Notes: generated by a model not told the origin, from the sequence alone. A stretch of 64,000 bases of DNA from an uncultured Trueperaceae bacterium (GCA_963727505.1 CAVSGP010000009.1:416001-480000); one strand, 5' to 3'; positions 30,387 to 43,256 are shown, counted from the first letter of the stretch. Numbers and translations are program-made.

Positions 30387-32204
30387 TCAGACCGCGGCCG
30401 GCGCCACGTCGAACGACCGGAACTGGCGCTCGAACAGCTCGCGATAGAGTCCGCCCTCGGCCAGCAGAGCCTCGTGCGTGCCGCGTTGCACGATGCGCCC
30501 TCCGTCCATGACCAGGAGCGTGTCGGCCCCCTTCACGGTCGACAACCGGTGAGCGATCACGAACGTGGTGCGTCCCACCATCAGTCGTTCCAGGGCTGCC
30601 TGCACCAGCGCCTCCGATTCGCTGTCGAGCGAGCTCGTGGCCTCGTCCAGGATCAGGATGCGCGGATCCTTGAGCAGCGCACGGGCGATGGCCACCCGCT
30701 GACGCTGGCCACCCGACAGCTTCACCCCGCGCTCGCCGACGAGCGTGGCGTATCCGTCGGGGAAGGCGCTGATGAACCCTTCGGCGTTGGCTGCGCGAGC
30801 GGCCTCCGCCACCTCCTCGTCGTCGGCGCCGGGCCGGCCGTAGCGGATGTTGTCGGCGACGGTCCCCGAGAAGAGCTGCGTCTCCTGCGGCACGATGCCG
30901 ATGTGTCCGCGCAGCTCTCGGGTCGGTAGCCTCCGCAGGTCGACGTCGTCCAGCAGGATGCGCCCGTCGATAGGGTCGAAGAAGCGCGGGATCAGCGACA
31001 CCAGGGTGCTCTTGCCGGCACCGCTGGGACCGACCAGCGCGATCACCCGCCCCGGCTCGGCCTCGAGGTCGACGCCGTCGAGCACCGGTGCGTCGCCGCG
31101 GTCGCCGTAGTGGAAGCGCACGCCCTCGAAGCGCACCGCGCCAACGGGCGCCGCGAGGTGGATCGGCATCGCGGGCTCGGGCAGGTCGCTGTCGGTGTCG
31201 AGCAGCTCGAAGATGCGCTTGGAGGCACCCAGGGCCTCCTGGAGCTGCGAGTAGAGGCCGGTGAAGGAGCCGATGGAGCCCGCCACGAAGACCGTGATGA
31301 GCAGGAAGGCGATGAGGTCGCCGCCCTGCAACGAGCCCTGCAGCACCAGGTGGCCCCCGTACCAGAGCACCACGCCGATACCCGTGAACATCGCCAGGAT
31401 GACGGTCGGCACGAACAGCGCGCGGACGCGCAAGCGCTTGAGCGCCAGGGCGTAGGAGAGATCGATGCCTGCGCCGTAGCGCCGCCGCTCGACGTCCTCG
31501 GCGGTGAAGGACTTGACCACCCGAACCCCTTGGATCGCTTCCTCGGCGCTGGCGTTGGCGTCGCCGACGGCGTCCTGGAAGCGGGTGCTGATGCGCCTCA
31601 GCTGGCGCCCGAAGTAGGCGGCGGCCAGCACCACGGCGGGGACGATGGCGAGCATGACCAGGGTGAGCTTGAAGTTCAGCACCAGCAGCACGATCACGCC
31701 GCCCACCAGGGTGATGAGCTGGTTGACGAACTGTGCGAGGGCCTGGGACACCGCGTTCTGGACGGTGCTGATGTCGGACGTGAGACGCGAGGTGATCTCG
31801 CCCGTCTTGCGCTCCTCGAAGAAGCGGACAGACAGGTCGATCAGGTGGCCGAAGAGCGTCTTGCGCAGGTCTGCCACCAGGGCCTCGCCCACCAGGCCGA
31901 GGTTGTAGGTGCGCACGTAGTTGAACACCGCCTGCATCGCGAACAGGCCGAACAACAGTGCGGCGATGCTGTTGAGGCCCGCGGCGCTGCGCTGCCCACC
32001 GAAGGCCGTGTTGAACAGGTCGCGGATCAGAAGCGGGAAGGCGAGGCCGAACGCGCTGGAGATGCCGACCGCGACGATCCCGACGATGAGGCGCACGCGG
32101 TAGGGGCGGGTGAAGCCCAGAAGCCGCCGGAGCTGGGATAGCTCGAGCCCGGCCGGGTCCCGGCCGGAACCCGCACGGCGCCTCGAGCGGAAGACGCTTC
32201 GCAC
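30387..32204 (-). CDS. ABC exporter, fused permease/ATPase (MsbA-like)
   Basis: 6-TM domain, GPSGAGKST, LSGGQRQR, ILDEATSSLD; GTG 6 nt after TACACT. Confidence 0.92.
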   Translation of the reverse strand: MRSVFRSRRRAGSGRDPAGLELSQLRRLLGFTRPYRVRLIVGIVAVGISSAFGLAFPLLIRDLFNTAFGGQRSAAGLNSIAALLFGLFAMQAVFNYVRTYNLGLVGEALVADLRKTLFGHLIDLSVRFFEERKTGEITSRLTSDISTVQNAVSQALAQFVNQLITLVGGVIVLLVLNFKLTLVMLAIVPAVVLAAAYFGRQLRRISTRFQDAVGDANASAEEAIQGVRVVKSFTAEDVERRRYGAGIDLSYALALKRLRVRALFVPTVILAMFTGIGVVLWYGGHLVLQGSLQGGDLIAFLLITVFVAGSIGSFTGLYSQLQEALGASKRIFELLDTDSDLPEPAMPIHLAAPVGAVRFEGVRFHYGDRGDAPVLDGVDLEAEPGRVIALVGPSGAGKSTLVSLIPRFFDPIDGRILLDDVDLRRLPTRELRGHIGIVPQETQLFSGTVADNIRYGRPGADDEEVAEAARAANAEGFISAFPDGYATLVGERGVKLSGGQRQRVAIARALLKDPRILILDEATSSLDSESEALVQAALERLMVGRTTFVIAHRLSTVKGADTLLVMDGGRIVQRGTHEALLAEGGLYRELFERQFRSFDVAPAAV

Positions 32205-32302
32205 ACTCCGAGTGTACTCGGCCTGCGCGCCGCGCCGCAGCCCGGATGCGGGCGGTACAGTGACGGAACAGAACTGCGAACGACCGATCATCGAGGTGAC
32301 GG

Positions 32303-34282
<1,980 letters not shown>

Positions 34283-34314
34283 CACGCGGGCTCGCGCACC
34301 GGCCCACGACGACG

Positions 34315-34348
34315 GAGCGGGGCGCGCCGCGATGGGCGCGCCCCGCTC
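34315..34348. terminator. Hairpin between convergent genes
   Basis: GAGCGGGGCGCGCC-N6-GGCGCGCCCCGCTC perfect 14-bp stem. Confidence 0.7.
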
Positions 34349-34384
34349 GATGGTTGGCGCAGGACGAGGCGGCCGGTTCCGACG

Positions 34385-35233
34385 TCAGCCCTTCACGGCC
34401 CCCGCGGTGAGCCCGGCGACGATGCGCTGCTGGAAGACCAGCACCAGGATGATGAGCGGGACGGTCACCACGACCGACGCCGCCATGATCTGCGCCCAGG
34501 GCAGCTCATACTGACTGGCGCCGCTGAACAGCGCGATGGCGACCGGCACGGTGCGCGCCTTGTTGTCGACCGTGAAGGTGAGGGCGAACAGGAACTCGTT
34601 CCAGGCCTGGATGAACGCCAGCAGGCCGGCGGTCACGAGCCCCGGGGCCATGACCGGCAGCAGCACGCGCGTGAGCGACTGCACCGGCGTGGCGCCGTCG
34701 ACGAAGGCCGCCTCCTCGAGCTCGCGTGGGATCTCGCGTACGAAGCTGGTCAGCACCCACACCGTGAACGGCAGGGTGAACACCATGTAGGACAGGATCA
34801 GTCCCCACCAGGTGTTGTAGAAGTGCAGCGTCCGGATGAGCACGAACATGCCGCCCAGGATGGCGATCTGCGGGAACATCGAGACGCCCAGGATGCCGTA
34901 GAAGACGGTGCGCTTGCCGCGGAAGCGGATGCGGCCGAGCGCGTACGCCGCGGTGCCGCCGATGAGCAGCGACAACAGCGTTGTGAGCCCGGCGACGATG
35001 AGGGAGTTCAGCAGGTTGCGGGCGAACGGCTGGCCCGTGAACACCTCGGCATAGTTCTTCCATTGCGGTACCGGGGGCCAGTAGAGGAGCGGGGTCTGGA
35101 AGAGCTGGTTGGGTGTCTTCAACGACGAGGAGATCGCCCAGAAGAAGGGGAACACGAGATAGAAGAACACCAGGACCACGAGGAGGGCGAACGCCACCTG
35201 GCCCAGGTAGTAGCCGATACCGCGGCGGCGCAT
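34385..35233 (-). CDS. malG: Carbohydrate (trehalose/maltose-type) ABC permease
   Basis: [17 protein letters not shown] motif, [19 protein letters not shown]. Confidence 0.88.
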   Translation of the reverse strand: MRRRGIGYYLGQVAFALLVVLVFFYLVFPFFWAISSSLKTPNQLFQTPLLYWPPVPQWKNYAEVFTGQPFARNLLNSLIVAGLTTLLSLLIGGTAAYALGRIRFRGKRTVFYGILGVSMFPQIAILGGMFVLIRTLHFYNTWWGLILSYMVFTLPFTVWVLTSFVREIPRELEEAAFVDGATPVQSLTRVLLPVMAPGLVTAGLLAFIQAWNEFLFALTFTVDNKARTVPVAIALFSGASQYELPWAQIMAASVVVTVPLIILVLVFQQRIVAGLTAGAVKG

Positions 35234-36153
35234 CAGTCGACCTCCACACCGAGGCTGACGACGTAGGCCACGACGAACAGCCCGATGATCACGAAGATGC
35301 CGACCGACATCGCCGAGCCGTAACCGAGCAGGCCGAAGTCGACGAGCTGCTGGCGGGCGTACACCGCCATGGACATGGTGTTGGGCGTGGTGCCGGTCAT
35401 GACGTAGATGGCGTCGAACACGCGGAGCGCGTCGAGCGTACGGAAGATCAGGGCGACCAGCAATGCCGGCCTAAGGAGCGGCAGCGTGACCCGCACGAAG
35501 TTCTGCCAGGGCGTGGCGCCGTCGACGCGGGCGGCCTCATAGAGTTCGGTCGGGATCGATTGCAACCCGGCCAACAGGAGGAGCGCCATGAACGGCGTGG
35601 TCTTCCAGACGTCGACCGAGATGACCGCGGGCAGCATCAGCCTGGGGTTCGCCAGCCAGGCGTACGCCTTGTCCGTCAGGTGGGCCTTCATCAGCATGTC
35701 GTTGATGACGCCGTAGACGTCGTTGTACATCCAGCGCCACATCTGGGCCGAGACCACCGTGGGGATCGCCCAGGGGATCAACATGGCGGTGCGCATGGCG
35801 CCGCGGCCCGGGAACTTGGCGTTGACCAGCATGGCGATGCCGAGGCCGAGCAGGGTCTCCGCGGCAACGGAGCTCACGGTGAACACCACGGTGTTCTGGA
35901 CCGAACGCCACCACTGCGCGTCCTGCACCAGGAACTTGAAGTTCAGCAGGCCCACGTAGTTCGACTTGAGCGGGAACTGCAGCAGGTTGGTCTGGGTGAG
36001 GCTGAGCTGGATGGTACGGATCAGCGGGTAGCCAGCGACCAGTGCGACGACGATCAGGGTGGGGGCCAGGAACAGCCAGGCGGTTCGCGCCCGGCGCGAT
36101 TCCAGCGATATCCCTCCCTTGGCGCTGCGCTTCTTGACGGCGGTCTCTTGCAT
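35233..36153 (-). CDS. malF: Carbohydrate (trehalose/maltose-type) ABC permease
   Basis: [39 protein letters not shown]. Confidence 0.88.
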   Translation of the reverse strand: MQETAVKKRSAKGGISLESRRARTAWLFLAPTLIVVALVAGYPLIRTIQLSLTQTNLLQFPLKSNYVGLLNFKFLVQDAQWWRSVQNTVVFTVSSVAAETLLGLGIAMLVNAKFPGRGAMRTAMLIPWAIPTVVSAQMWRWMYNDVYGVINDMLMKAHLTDKAYAWLANPRLMLPAVISVDVWKTTPFMALLLLAGLQSIPTELYEAARVDGATPWQNFVRVTLPLLRPALLVALIFRTLDALRVFDAIYVMTGTTPNTMSMAVYARQQLVDFGLLGYGSAMSVGIFVIIGLFVVAYVVSLGVEVD

Positions 36154-36204
36154 CGATCACCTCGGGCCGAGCGGGGCCGCGAGGCGTGCTCGGCCTAGTG
36201 AAGG

Positions 36205-36236
36205 GCGGCCCCTCCCGACGTTCCGGGAGGGGCCGC
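36205..36236 (-). terminator. Intercistronic hairpin after the solute-binding protein gene
   Basis: GCGGCCCCTCCCG-N6-CGGGAGGGGCCGC 13-bp stem. Confidence 0.65.
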
Positions 36237-36250
36237 GACGGAGCCCGGGA

Positions 36251-37528
36251 TTACCAGCCCGTGCCCTTGATGCGGGTGAGCTGGCTCTTCAGGCCGGCGA
36301 GGGCCTGGTTGGCCTGCGCCTGACCGGTCAAGACGTTGTGGACCGCGGTCCAGAACGCGCTGGAGACCTGGTTGTACTTCTGCTTGGTGGCCGTTGCGGG
36401 GCGGGCGACCGCGCTCGCGAAGACCGGCTTGAGCTGGTGGATGAAGGCGTTCTGCTCGACGACCTGCGGGTCGTCGTAGACCGCCAGGCGGGAGGGCAGG
36501 AAGCTTCCCTTGATGGCGCGTTCGGTCTCGACCTTGGCGCTCGTCAGGTACTTGATGAGGTCGGCAGCTTCGGCCTGGTGCTTGGAGAAGCGCGAGACCG
36601 CGAGCTGCCAGCCGCCCAGCGTGGCGGCGTGCTGGCCGTCGGCCGTGGAGGCCATGGGGAGGGCGGCCACGCCGAACTTGCCCTTGATGGGGCTGTCGGC
36701 GCTCTGCCCCGGATTGTAGGCGTAGGGCCAGTTGCGCATGAAGGCGGCGTTGCCGGCCTGCCAGACGCCTCGGGCGTCCTCTTCCTGGTAGCTGGTCACG
36801 CCCGGAGGCGAGATGGTGCCGACCCAGCCGGCGGCCATGTTGATGGCCGCGGCGGCCTTGGCGTTGTCGATGGTGATGTTGCCCTGCGGGTCGACGATGG
36901 TGCCGCCGCCGTAGGAGTAGACCCACTCGAGGGCGTCACAGGTCAGGCCTTCGTAGGCGTTGCCCTGCCAGACGTAACCCCAGAACTTGTCGTTGCCGGC
37001 CGCGCGCTCGCCGGCCTGGATCTTCTGGGCCATCGAGGTGAGCTGGGCCCAGGTGGTGGGGGGGCCGTCGAAGCCGTACTTCTTGAGCAGGTCCGTGCGG
37101 TAGTACAGCAGGCCCGCGTCGTTGAACCACGGGATCGCCACCTGCTTGCCCTCGTACTGGTCGTTGGTGACCAGCGCGGGGATGAAGCCGCTCAGGTCGC
37201 TCTGGTTGAAGTACTTGCCGAGATCGACGAAGTAGCTTCCCAGGACGCCGGGCCAAACGACGTCGATCTGGTAGACGTCGATGCTGTCGGCCTGCGCGCC
37301 GAGCTGCTGCTGGTAGAGCGCCAGGCGGTCGGTCGACGAGTTCGGCGTCGAAACCACCACGACGGAGTTGCCCGTCTGTTGCGCCCACGCCTGCGATTCG
37401 TCCTTGCACAGCGTGAGTTCGTTGCCGACGGCTCCGCAGGAGATGTGCAGCGTCACGCCTTGCGCGAGTGCAGCACCTCCGAAGAGACCGCCGACCAGGA
37501 CGAGAAGGGCCAGCCAGATTCGTTTCAT
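36251..37528 (-). CDS. malE: Sugar ABC substrate-binding protein (trehalose/maltose-type)
   Basis: Signal peptide, IDVVWPG, LLYYRTDLL, WQGNAYEGLTCD, FMRNWPY, TLGGWQL. Confidence 0.88.
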   Translation of the reverse strand: MKRIWLALLVLVGGLFGGAALAQGVTLHISCGAVGNELTLCKDESQAWAQQTGNSVVVVSTPNSSTDRLALYQQQLGAQADSIDVYQIDVVWPGVLGSYFVDLGKYFNQSDLSGFIPALVTNDQYEGKQVAIPWFNDAGLLYYRTDLLKKYGFDGPPTTWAQLTSMAQKIQAGERAAGNDKFWGYVWQGNAYEGLTCDALEWVYSYGGGTIVDPQGNITIDNAKAAAAINMAAGWVGTISPPGVTSYQEEDARGVWQAGNAAFMRNWPYAYNPGQSADSPIKGKFGVAALPMASTADGQHAATLGGWQLAVSRFSKHQAEAADLIKYLTSAKVETERAIKGSFLPSRLAVYDDPQVVEQNAFIHQLKPVFASAVARPATATKQKYNQVSSAFWTAVHNVLTGQAQANQALAGLKSQLTRIKGTGW

Positions 37529-37681
37529 GGGACACCTCGTTTCCTTCAGTAACCCGCGCCGTGAACCTTCAGCCGCGGGGTTGAACCCAGATCGACCTAC
37601 GGAGAGCCCACCGCACCCGCACTGTTGGGGCCATATCCGGCACGCCTCCGATTCCCCCGGATGGTCGTCTGCTTGGGATGA

Positions 37682-37710
37682 ACGATAGCACGTGCCCATC
37701 GGCCTCGCAA
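37682..37710 (-). promoter_or_regulatory. Putative sigma70 promoter of the sugar ABC operon
   Basis: Minus strand TTGCGA-17 bp-TATCGT with extended TG. Confidence 0.5.
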
Positions 37711-37767
37711 CAGGTATTCGCCCTTGTATGCGGCGTTTCGCGACGGTACACGGCCTCGGCGAAGGGC

Positions 37768-38835
37768 TCAGGCCATCGGCCGGCCGACCATGCGGGTGAT
37801 CATCTGCTGGAACTCGATCTCGTGGAAGGGCTTGAGGAGCACCTCGGCGCGCGGGCGCCGGGCGCGGCCGAAGATGCCGCCCCTGGGCGCCTCGTCGACC
37901 AGTACCAGCACGGGCAGGTGGCTCTGCCCGGTCTGGCGCCGCAGCTCCTTGACGAGCTCCCAGCCGGCGCCCTCCTGGTCGTCGACCACCAGCGCGGAGG
38001 GGTGGATGTCCGGCAGGATCCTGAGTGCGTCCTCGTAGTCGAGGGCGACCTCGGCACGCAGTCGCGCCCGCTGCAGCGACAGCCGCAGGAGCCGCTGCAG
38101 GGCGCTGCTGGGCGACACGGCCAGCACCAGCGGGTCCTCGACGTGGAAGGGCTGCGCCTCGATGACAGCCGTCCGTTGCAGCTCGAAGAGGATGTGCAAC
38201 ACGTGGCGTTCCGTGAGATCGAGCTCGGAGGCGATGGAGCGTGCGGTGCGCGTGCCGTCGACGTAGCCGAGGACCTCCCAGGCTCCCGCCGGCATCTCGA
38301 CCTTGGTGGGGTCGCCCTGGCGAAGGAAGATGGTGTCGGGCTCGACCACGCCCCCCTCGAACTCGTGCAGACGCTGCGCCACGGACATGAGCAGCTTCAT
38401 GGCGTCGACCGAGTGGTGGGTGGGGGCCTGGGAGGCCCAGCCGGAACGCTCGGCGAAGTTGAACTGCCCGTCGGACCAGCTCATCAGCTCCGACACGACC
38501 TCCAGCACCTGGCGTTCGAGCGCGCGGCGCAAGTCGTCCTCGTCGATCAGGCGCATCTCCACGGCCATGAGCCCGAGAGGCGTGCCGGCGTTCTCGATGT
38601 GCTGCCGCCGGAGGATCTCCTGGACCTCGTGCGTGGTGAGCAGGTCCATGCGCACCAGGATCTCTCCGAGGTGGACCCCTGGGGAGATGTGCGCGTACTG
38701 GATGCCGCCCTGCTCGAAGTAGATGCGCGCGCGCGCCTGGCCCCGCATGACGGTGAGGATGCCCGCCTTCTGGCCGGTGGCGATGATCTGGAACACGTCC
38801 GAGAGCGGGAGGTTGCGCAGGCTGCCCTCGATCAT
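37768..38835 (-). CDS. DUF4388 + MshEN-like + receiver-like domain protein
   Basis: MIEGSLRNLPLSDVFQII...GILTV...IYFEQG.I..A; W.DGQFNF; two LG..(L/A)V...L....L...L..Q repeats; C-terminal VVDD...KPF. Confidence 0.75.
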   Translation of the reverse strand: MIEGSLRNLPLSDVFQIIATGQKAGILTVMRGQARARIYFEQGGIQYAHISPGVHLGEILVRMDLLTTHEVQEILRRQHIENAGTPLGLMAVEMRLIDEDDLRRALERQVLEVVSELMSWSDGQFNFAERSGWASQAPTHHSVDAMKLLMSVAQRLHEFEGGVVEPDTIFLRQGDPTKVEMPAGAWEVLGYVDGTRTARSIASELDLTERHVLHILFELQRTAVIEAQPFHVEDPLVLAVSPSSALQRLLRLSLQRARLRAEVALDYEDALRILPDIHPSALVVDDQEGAGWELVKELRRQTGQSHLPVLVLVDEAPRGGIFGRARRPRAEVLLKPFHEIEFQQMITRMVGRPMA

Positions 38836-38842
38836 CCCGCGC

Positions 38843-39829
38843 TCATCCGCCCTCGTTGAACAGCGCGGCCGGCGTGGCCGCGACGGGGAGGCCGAGATGG
38901 ACGTAGGCCGCCTCGGTTGCGACGCGTCCCCGCGAGGTTCGCTTCAGCAGGCCCCGCTGGATCAAGAAGGGCTCGTAGACCTCCTCGAGAGTCGCCCGGT
39001 CCTCTCCGACCGCGGTCGCCAGCGTATCGAGCCCGACCGGTCCGCCGGCGAACTTCTCCACCAGCGCACGCAAGATGGTGCGGTCGCGGCGATCGAGGCC
39101 GGCGTCGTCGATGCCGAGCGCACCCAGTGCGGCGCCGGTGCGTTCGAGCGTGATGCGCGGTTCGCCGGCAACGTCGGCGAAGTCCCTGACGCGCCTCAAG
39201 AGCCGCTTGGCGATGCGCATGGTGCCGCGCGCGCGCCGCCCGATTTCGAGCGCTGCCCCGGGCTCGAGCACGAACCCGAACAGCTCGGCGTCGCGCACGA
39301 CCGCCTCGGCGAGCTCCCGGTCGGCGTAATAGTCCAGATGCTCGATGATGCCGAAGCGACTGCGCAGCGGGCCCGTGATGAGGCCCGGCCGCGTGGTGGC
39401 GCCGACCAGCGTGAAGCGCGGCAGGTCGAGCCGGATCGAGCGCGCGGCCGGCCCCTGCCCCAGCACGATGTCGATCTTGAAGTCCTCCATGGCGGGATAC
39501 AGGTGCTCCTCGGCCACGCGGCCCAGCCGGTGGATCTCGTCGATGAAGAGCACATCACCGTCCTCGAGCGCGTTCGTGAGGATGGCGGCCAGATCACCGG
39601 GTTTCTCGATGGCAGGTCCGCTCGTGACGCGGATACCCACGCCCAGCTCGGCGGCGATGATGTGGGCGAGCGTCGTCTTGCCGAGCCCCGGCGGGCCGTA
39701 GAGCAGCACGTGATCGAGAGGCTCCTCGCGATTCCGAGCGGCCTCCAGGTAGACCTCGAGCTTCTTCTTGAGCCGTCCCTGCCCGACGTACTCGGAGAGC
39801 GAAGCCGGCCGCAATCGCGCGTCGTCCAC
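38843..39829 (-). CDS. ruvB: Holliday junction branch migration helicase RuvB
   Basis: [43 protein letters not shown]. Confidence 0.98.
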   Translation of the reverse strand: MDDARLRPASLSEYVGQGRLKKKLEVYLEAARNREEPLDHVLLYGPPGLGKTTLAHIIAAELGVGIRVTSGPAIEKPGDLAAILTNALEDGDVLFIDEIHRLGRVAEEHLYPAMEDFKIDIVLGQGPAARSIRLDLPRFTLVGATTRPGLITGPLRSRFGIIEHLDYYADRELAEAVVRDAELFGFVLEPGAALEIGRRARGTMRIAKRLLRRVRDFADVAGEPRITLERTGAALGALGIDDAGLDRRDRTILRALVEKFAGGPVGLDTLATAVGEDRATLEEVYEPFLIQRGLLKRTSRGRVATEAAYVHLGLPVAATPAALFNEGG

Positions 39830-39874
39830 GCAAACACAGTAGCATGTGCGTTCGCTGGCCCAACATGCGGAACC

Positions 39875-41560
39875 TTACGGCCGGGGGCGCCCCGAGGCGC
39901 CGGCCGACCGATCGGCGATGCCCGTCCCGGACGAGGTCGCCTTCGAAGCGTCGCCGCCTGTCAGCGCGTCGACCCCGGCGACCGCCTCCAGCGTCTCGAT
40001 CCCCTCCAAGACTCGCGGTTCGGGCCCGAAGCCGATCCGCACCTGTCCGTAGCCGGCGACGAGATACACCGCTCCGCGTTCGTCCACCAGCTCGCGGCTG
40101 CCCGTGAGCGCCAACAACGGCCGGCGCACGCCTTCCAGGAAACGCTCGCGCCGCTCGTGCGCCATCCCCGCCAGGTGGAGGCGGTACAGCAGCTGGCGCG
40201 ACAGCGCCACGTCGGGCCAGGCGCCTGCGAACCAGCGCCGCGCTACCCAGGCCGCCTGCACCAGGGTTCCCGCCGCCATCGCCCACCAGGCCCCGTCGAC
40301 GCCGAGCGGCGTGTGCAGCGCGAGCAGCCACGCCACCGGCAGTGTGACAAGCCAGCGCCCCGTGAACGTGCCCCACAGGGCGGGCCGCGTGTCGCCGGCG
40401 CCTCGCAGCGCCCCGGCGAGCACCATGAACACCGCCAGGACCGGCTGGGCCAGCGCGTTGATGCGCAGGTAGCTGACACCCGCGCGGACCACCACCGCGT
40501 TCCCTCCGGGTTCGAACAGGCGGATCCACAGCGGCGCACCGACCAGTAGCACCAGGCCGACCGAGGACATCACCGCCAGCCCCACGAACAGCGCGGCGTG
40601 GCCGCGACGCCACGCCTGGGCTACCTGCCAGGCGCCCAGCGCGCGACCCACCAGGCTGGTGGCGGCCACGCTCAGCGCCACGCCCGGCATGTAGGCCAGC
40701 GACTCGATCTGGATCCCGATGGCCAGCGCGGCGGCGCCGAGGGTACCGGCCGGCGTGGAGGTCACCACCCGAAGCAGCAGGAGCCTGGACAGGGCGTAAG
40801 CGAGCCCCTGCAGGCCGGCCGGCGTACCGATGGCGAGGATGGTGCCGAAACGCTGCACGTTCGGCCGGAAGGGGCCACGGCCGCGCCGCAGCACGGTACG
40901 GCCGCGGAGGAACAGGATCAGCCCCAGGGTCGCGCCGACCGCCCAGGCGGCCACCGTCCCGAGCCCGGCCCCAGGCACGCCGAGCGCAGGGAGCGGCCCC
41001 GGGCCGAACATGAAGAGGTAGTCGAAGAGCACGTTCAGGAGGTTCACGCTGCCGCCGAGCAGGAGCGGTGTCAGGGTGTCTCCCGCCCCCTGCCAGAGGC
41101 TCGCCAGACCGAGGTTGAGGAACAGCGCGGCCGTACCCAGGAAGAGGATACGCAGGTAACCGACGCCGAGGGTCACGGCCTCGGCGTCGCCGGATGAGTT
41201 CATGAACGCGAGCAGCGGGTGCGCCGCGAACCAGCCGAGCGCGCCGATGGCAACGGCCGCCGCCACCCCCAGCAGCAGGGTCTGGCGGGCGACTTCGGCG
41301 AGCTCCTCGTCGTCGTTCGCGCCGCGCGCCTGGGCGGCGAGGGCCATGCCGCCCGCCGTCACCATCTGGGCCAGCAGCGTGACGAGCAGCGCCACGCTGC
41401 TGGCGAAGCCCACGGCGGCGACCGGAATGGCGCCCAGGCGACCCGCCATGAAGACGTCCACGACGTTGACGAGCGTCTGCAGGAGGTTCGTTGCGATGAC
41501 GGGCAGCGCCAGCCGGGCGACCGGGCGCAGCAGCGAACGGAGGGATGCGGGGCCCGTCAT
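39875..41560 (-). CDS. MATE-family efflux transporter with C-terminal extension
   Basis: LALPV...NVVDVFMAGRLG, GAGDTLTP, LRGAGDTR; ATG 7 nt after TAGCAT. Confidence 0.9.
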   Translation of the reverse strand: MTGPASLRSLLRPVARLALPVIATNLLQTLVNVVDVFMAGRLGAIPVAAVGFASSVALLVTLLAQMVTAGGMALAAQARGANDDEELAEVARQTLLLGVAAAVAIGALGWFAAHPLLAFMNSSGDAEAVTLGVGYLRILFLGTAALFLNLGLASLWQGAGDTLTPLLLGGSVNLLNVLFDYLFMFGPGPLPALGVPGAGLGTVAAWAVGATLGLILFLRGRTVLRRGRGPFRPNVQRFGTILAIGTPAGLQGLAYALSRLLLLRVVTSTPAGTLGAAALAIGIQIESLAYMPGVALSVAATSLVGRALGAWQVAQAWRRGHAALFVGLAVMSSVGLVLLVGAPLWIRLFEPGGNAVVVRAGVSYLRINALAQPVLAVFMVLAGALRGAGDTRPALWGTFTGRWLVTLPVAWLLALHTPLGVDGAWWAMAAGTLVQAAWVARRWFAGAWPDVALSRQLLYRLHLAGMAHERRERFLEGVRRPLLALTGSRELVDERGAVYLVAGYGQVRIGFGPEPRVLEGIETLEAVAGVDALTGGDASKATSSGTGIADRSAGASGRPRP

Positions 41561-41614
41561 GTGGGCCATGCTACGGCGCACGGGGTCCGGCGGGGCGGTG
41601 CTAGCGTGAGCGCC

Positions 41615-42514
41615 ATGGACGTCCAAGACTCCGCTCCGGGCGACCCGGCGGCGACGGCCGCACGGGCCCGTCTGCTCGTCTCCTGCCCCGACCGGCCCGG
41701 CATCGTCGCCGCCGTCGCGAGCTTCCTCGCCGAGCGCGGCGCCAACATCCTGGATGCCGATCAGCACAGCAGCGACCCTCGTGGCGGCGGGACGTTCTCC
41801 ATGCGAATGGCGTTCGAGCTCCCTCGGCGCGCAGGCGGGCTGGAGGCCCTGCGCGGAGCGTTCGCGCGCACGGTGGCGGAGCCCTTCGACATGCGCTGGC
41901 GCCTGGCGGACGCGCGCCGGGCCAAGCGCGTCGCGGTGCTGGTGTCGAACGTCGAGCACTGCCTGCTGGAGCTGCTGTGGCGGCGCCGCGCCGGCGATTT
42001 CGAGGACGATATCGCCATGGTGGTGTCGAACCACGATCGCCTGCGCCCCATGGTGGAGCCCTTCGGCGTGCCCTTCCACCACCTGCCGATCGTCGACGGC
42101 GACAGAGAGTCGCAAGAGCAGCGCGTGCTGGAGCTCCTGGGGGGGTCGGTCGACGTCATCGTGCTGGCGCGCTACATGCAGATCCTCAGCCCGGCGTTCG
42201 TGGCGCGGTACCGGGAACGGATCATCAACATCCACCACTCCTTCTTGCCGGCGTTCAGCGGGGGGAGGCCCTATCACCGGGCCTACGAGCGCGGCGTCAA
42301 GCTCATCGGCGCCACCGCCCACTACGTCACCGACGAGCTCGACAAAGGACCGATCATCGAGCAGGACGTGGTGCGGGTGACCCACCGGCAGTCGGTGCGC
42401 GATCTGCAGCGGCTCGGACGTGAGATCGAGCGGACGGTGCTGGCGCGCGCGGTGACGCTCCACCTCGAGGACCGCATCCTGGTCCAGGGGAACAAGACCA
42501 TCGTGTTCGCCTGA
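41615..42514 (+). CDS. purU: Formyltetrahydrofolate deformylase
   Basis: SCPDRPGIVA ACT domain, LARYMQILS, NIHHSFLPAF, GATAHYVT. Confidence 0.97.
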   Translation: MDVQDSAPGDPAATAARARLLVSCPDRPGIVAAVASFLAERGANILDADQHSSDPRGGGTFSMRMAFELPRRAGGLEALRGAFARTVAEPFDMRWRLADARRAKRVAVLVSNVEHCLLELLWRRRAGDFEDDIAMVVSNHDRLRPMVEPFGVPFHHLPIVDGDRESQEQRVLELLGGSVDVIVLARYMQILSPAFVARYRERIINIHHSFLPAFSGGRPYHRAYERGVKLIGATAHYVTDELDKGPIIEQDVVRVTHRQSVRDLQRLGREIERTVLARAVTLHLEDRILVQGNKTIVFA

Positions 42515-42633
42515 GGCAGCGGAGCTGCGGTACGCTTGGGGGTGGCGTCGCGGCGGAGCCCCGGCCACGGCAGCGTGCCGCTCTCGAGCGGCAGGGCGCC
42601 GTCCAGGGCCGCGCGGGCGCCGGAGGTTAGCGC

Positions 42634-43176
42634 ATGCAGACGCATCGAGTACGCATCGGAGACCAGGAGCGCGATCTCCATGTGGTGAACGTCGGAGCGG
42701 TGTCCGTGGCCCTTCTGAACCTGCTGGGGGACACGACACTGACGGAGGCGGCCGCCGTGGAGCTTGCAAAGCGCATCCCGCCCGAGGTCGAGACGCTGGT
42801 GACGCCCGAGGTCAAGGCTGTGCCCCTCGCCCACGCCATCAGCGTGCGGACGGGCATCCCCTACGTGGTCGTCCGCAAGACCGAGAAGCCCTACATGGTC
42901 GGCGCGGTCAAGAAGACGGTCGTCAGCATCACGACCGGCCGACCGCAGGAGCTCGTGATCGACGGCGCCGATATCGAGCGCCTGCGGTCGCGGAGGGTGG
43001 CCATCGTCGATGACGTGGTCAGCACGGGAGGAACCCTGCAGGGCCTGCGCGAGCTGCTGAGCGAGGTGGGCGCGGACGTGGTGGCGACGCTGGCGGTGTT
43101 CACCGAGGGGGACGAGCGCTCCGACGTGATGGCCCTGGGCCACCTGCCGCTCTATCCTGCGCGGCCGGACGCCTAG
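42634..43176 (+). CDS. Adenine phosphoribosyltransferase-like type I PRTase
   Basis: PRPP-binding [23 protein letters not shown]. Confidence 0.85.
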   Translation: MQTHRVRIGDQERDLHVVNVGAVSVALLNLLGDTTLTEAAAVELAKRIPPEVETLVTPEVKAVPLAHAISVRTGIPYVVVRKTEKPYMVGAVKKTVVSITTGRPQELVIDGADIERLRSRRVAIVDDVVSTGGTLQGLRELLSEVGADVVATLAVFTEGDERSDVMALGHLPLYPARPDA

Positions 43177-43196
43177 CGCCCGAGGCTCCGCGCGCC

Positions 43197-43256
43197 CGAC
43201 CCCTGCCAGCGCAATCCCTGCGCGCGCAATCCTTGCGCGTTCGACGCCTGCGCGCG
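43197..43256. repeat. Four degenerate 15-bp tandem repeats in the intergenic region
   Basis: cgacccctgccagcg / caatccctgcgcgcg / caatccttgcgcgtt / cgacgcctgcgcgcg. Confidence 0.7.

Noticed and set aside
34385..37528. Sugar ABC operon lacks an ATPase gene
   Set aside because: A shared MalK/MsiK-type ATPase encoded elsewhere is common for carbohydrate importers
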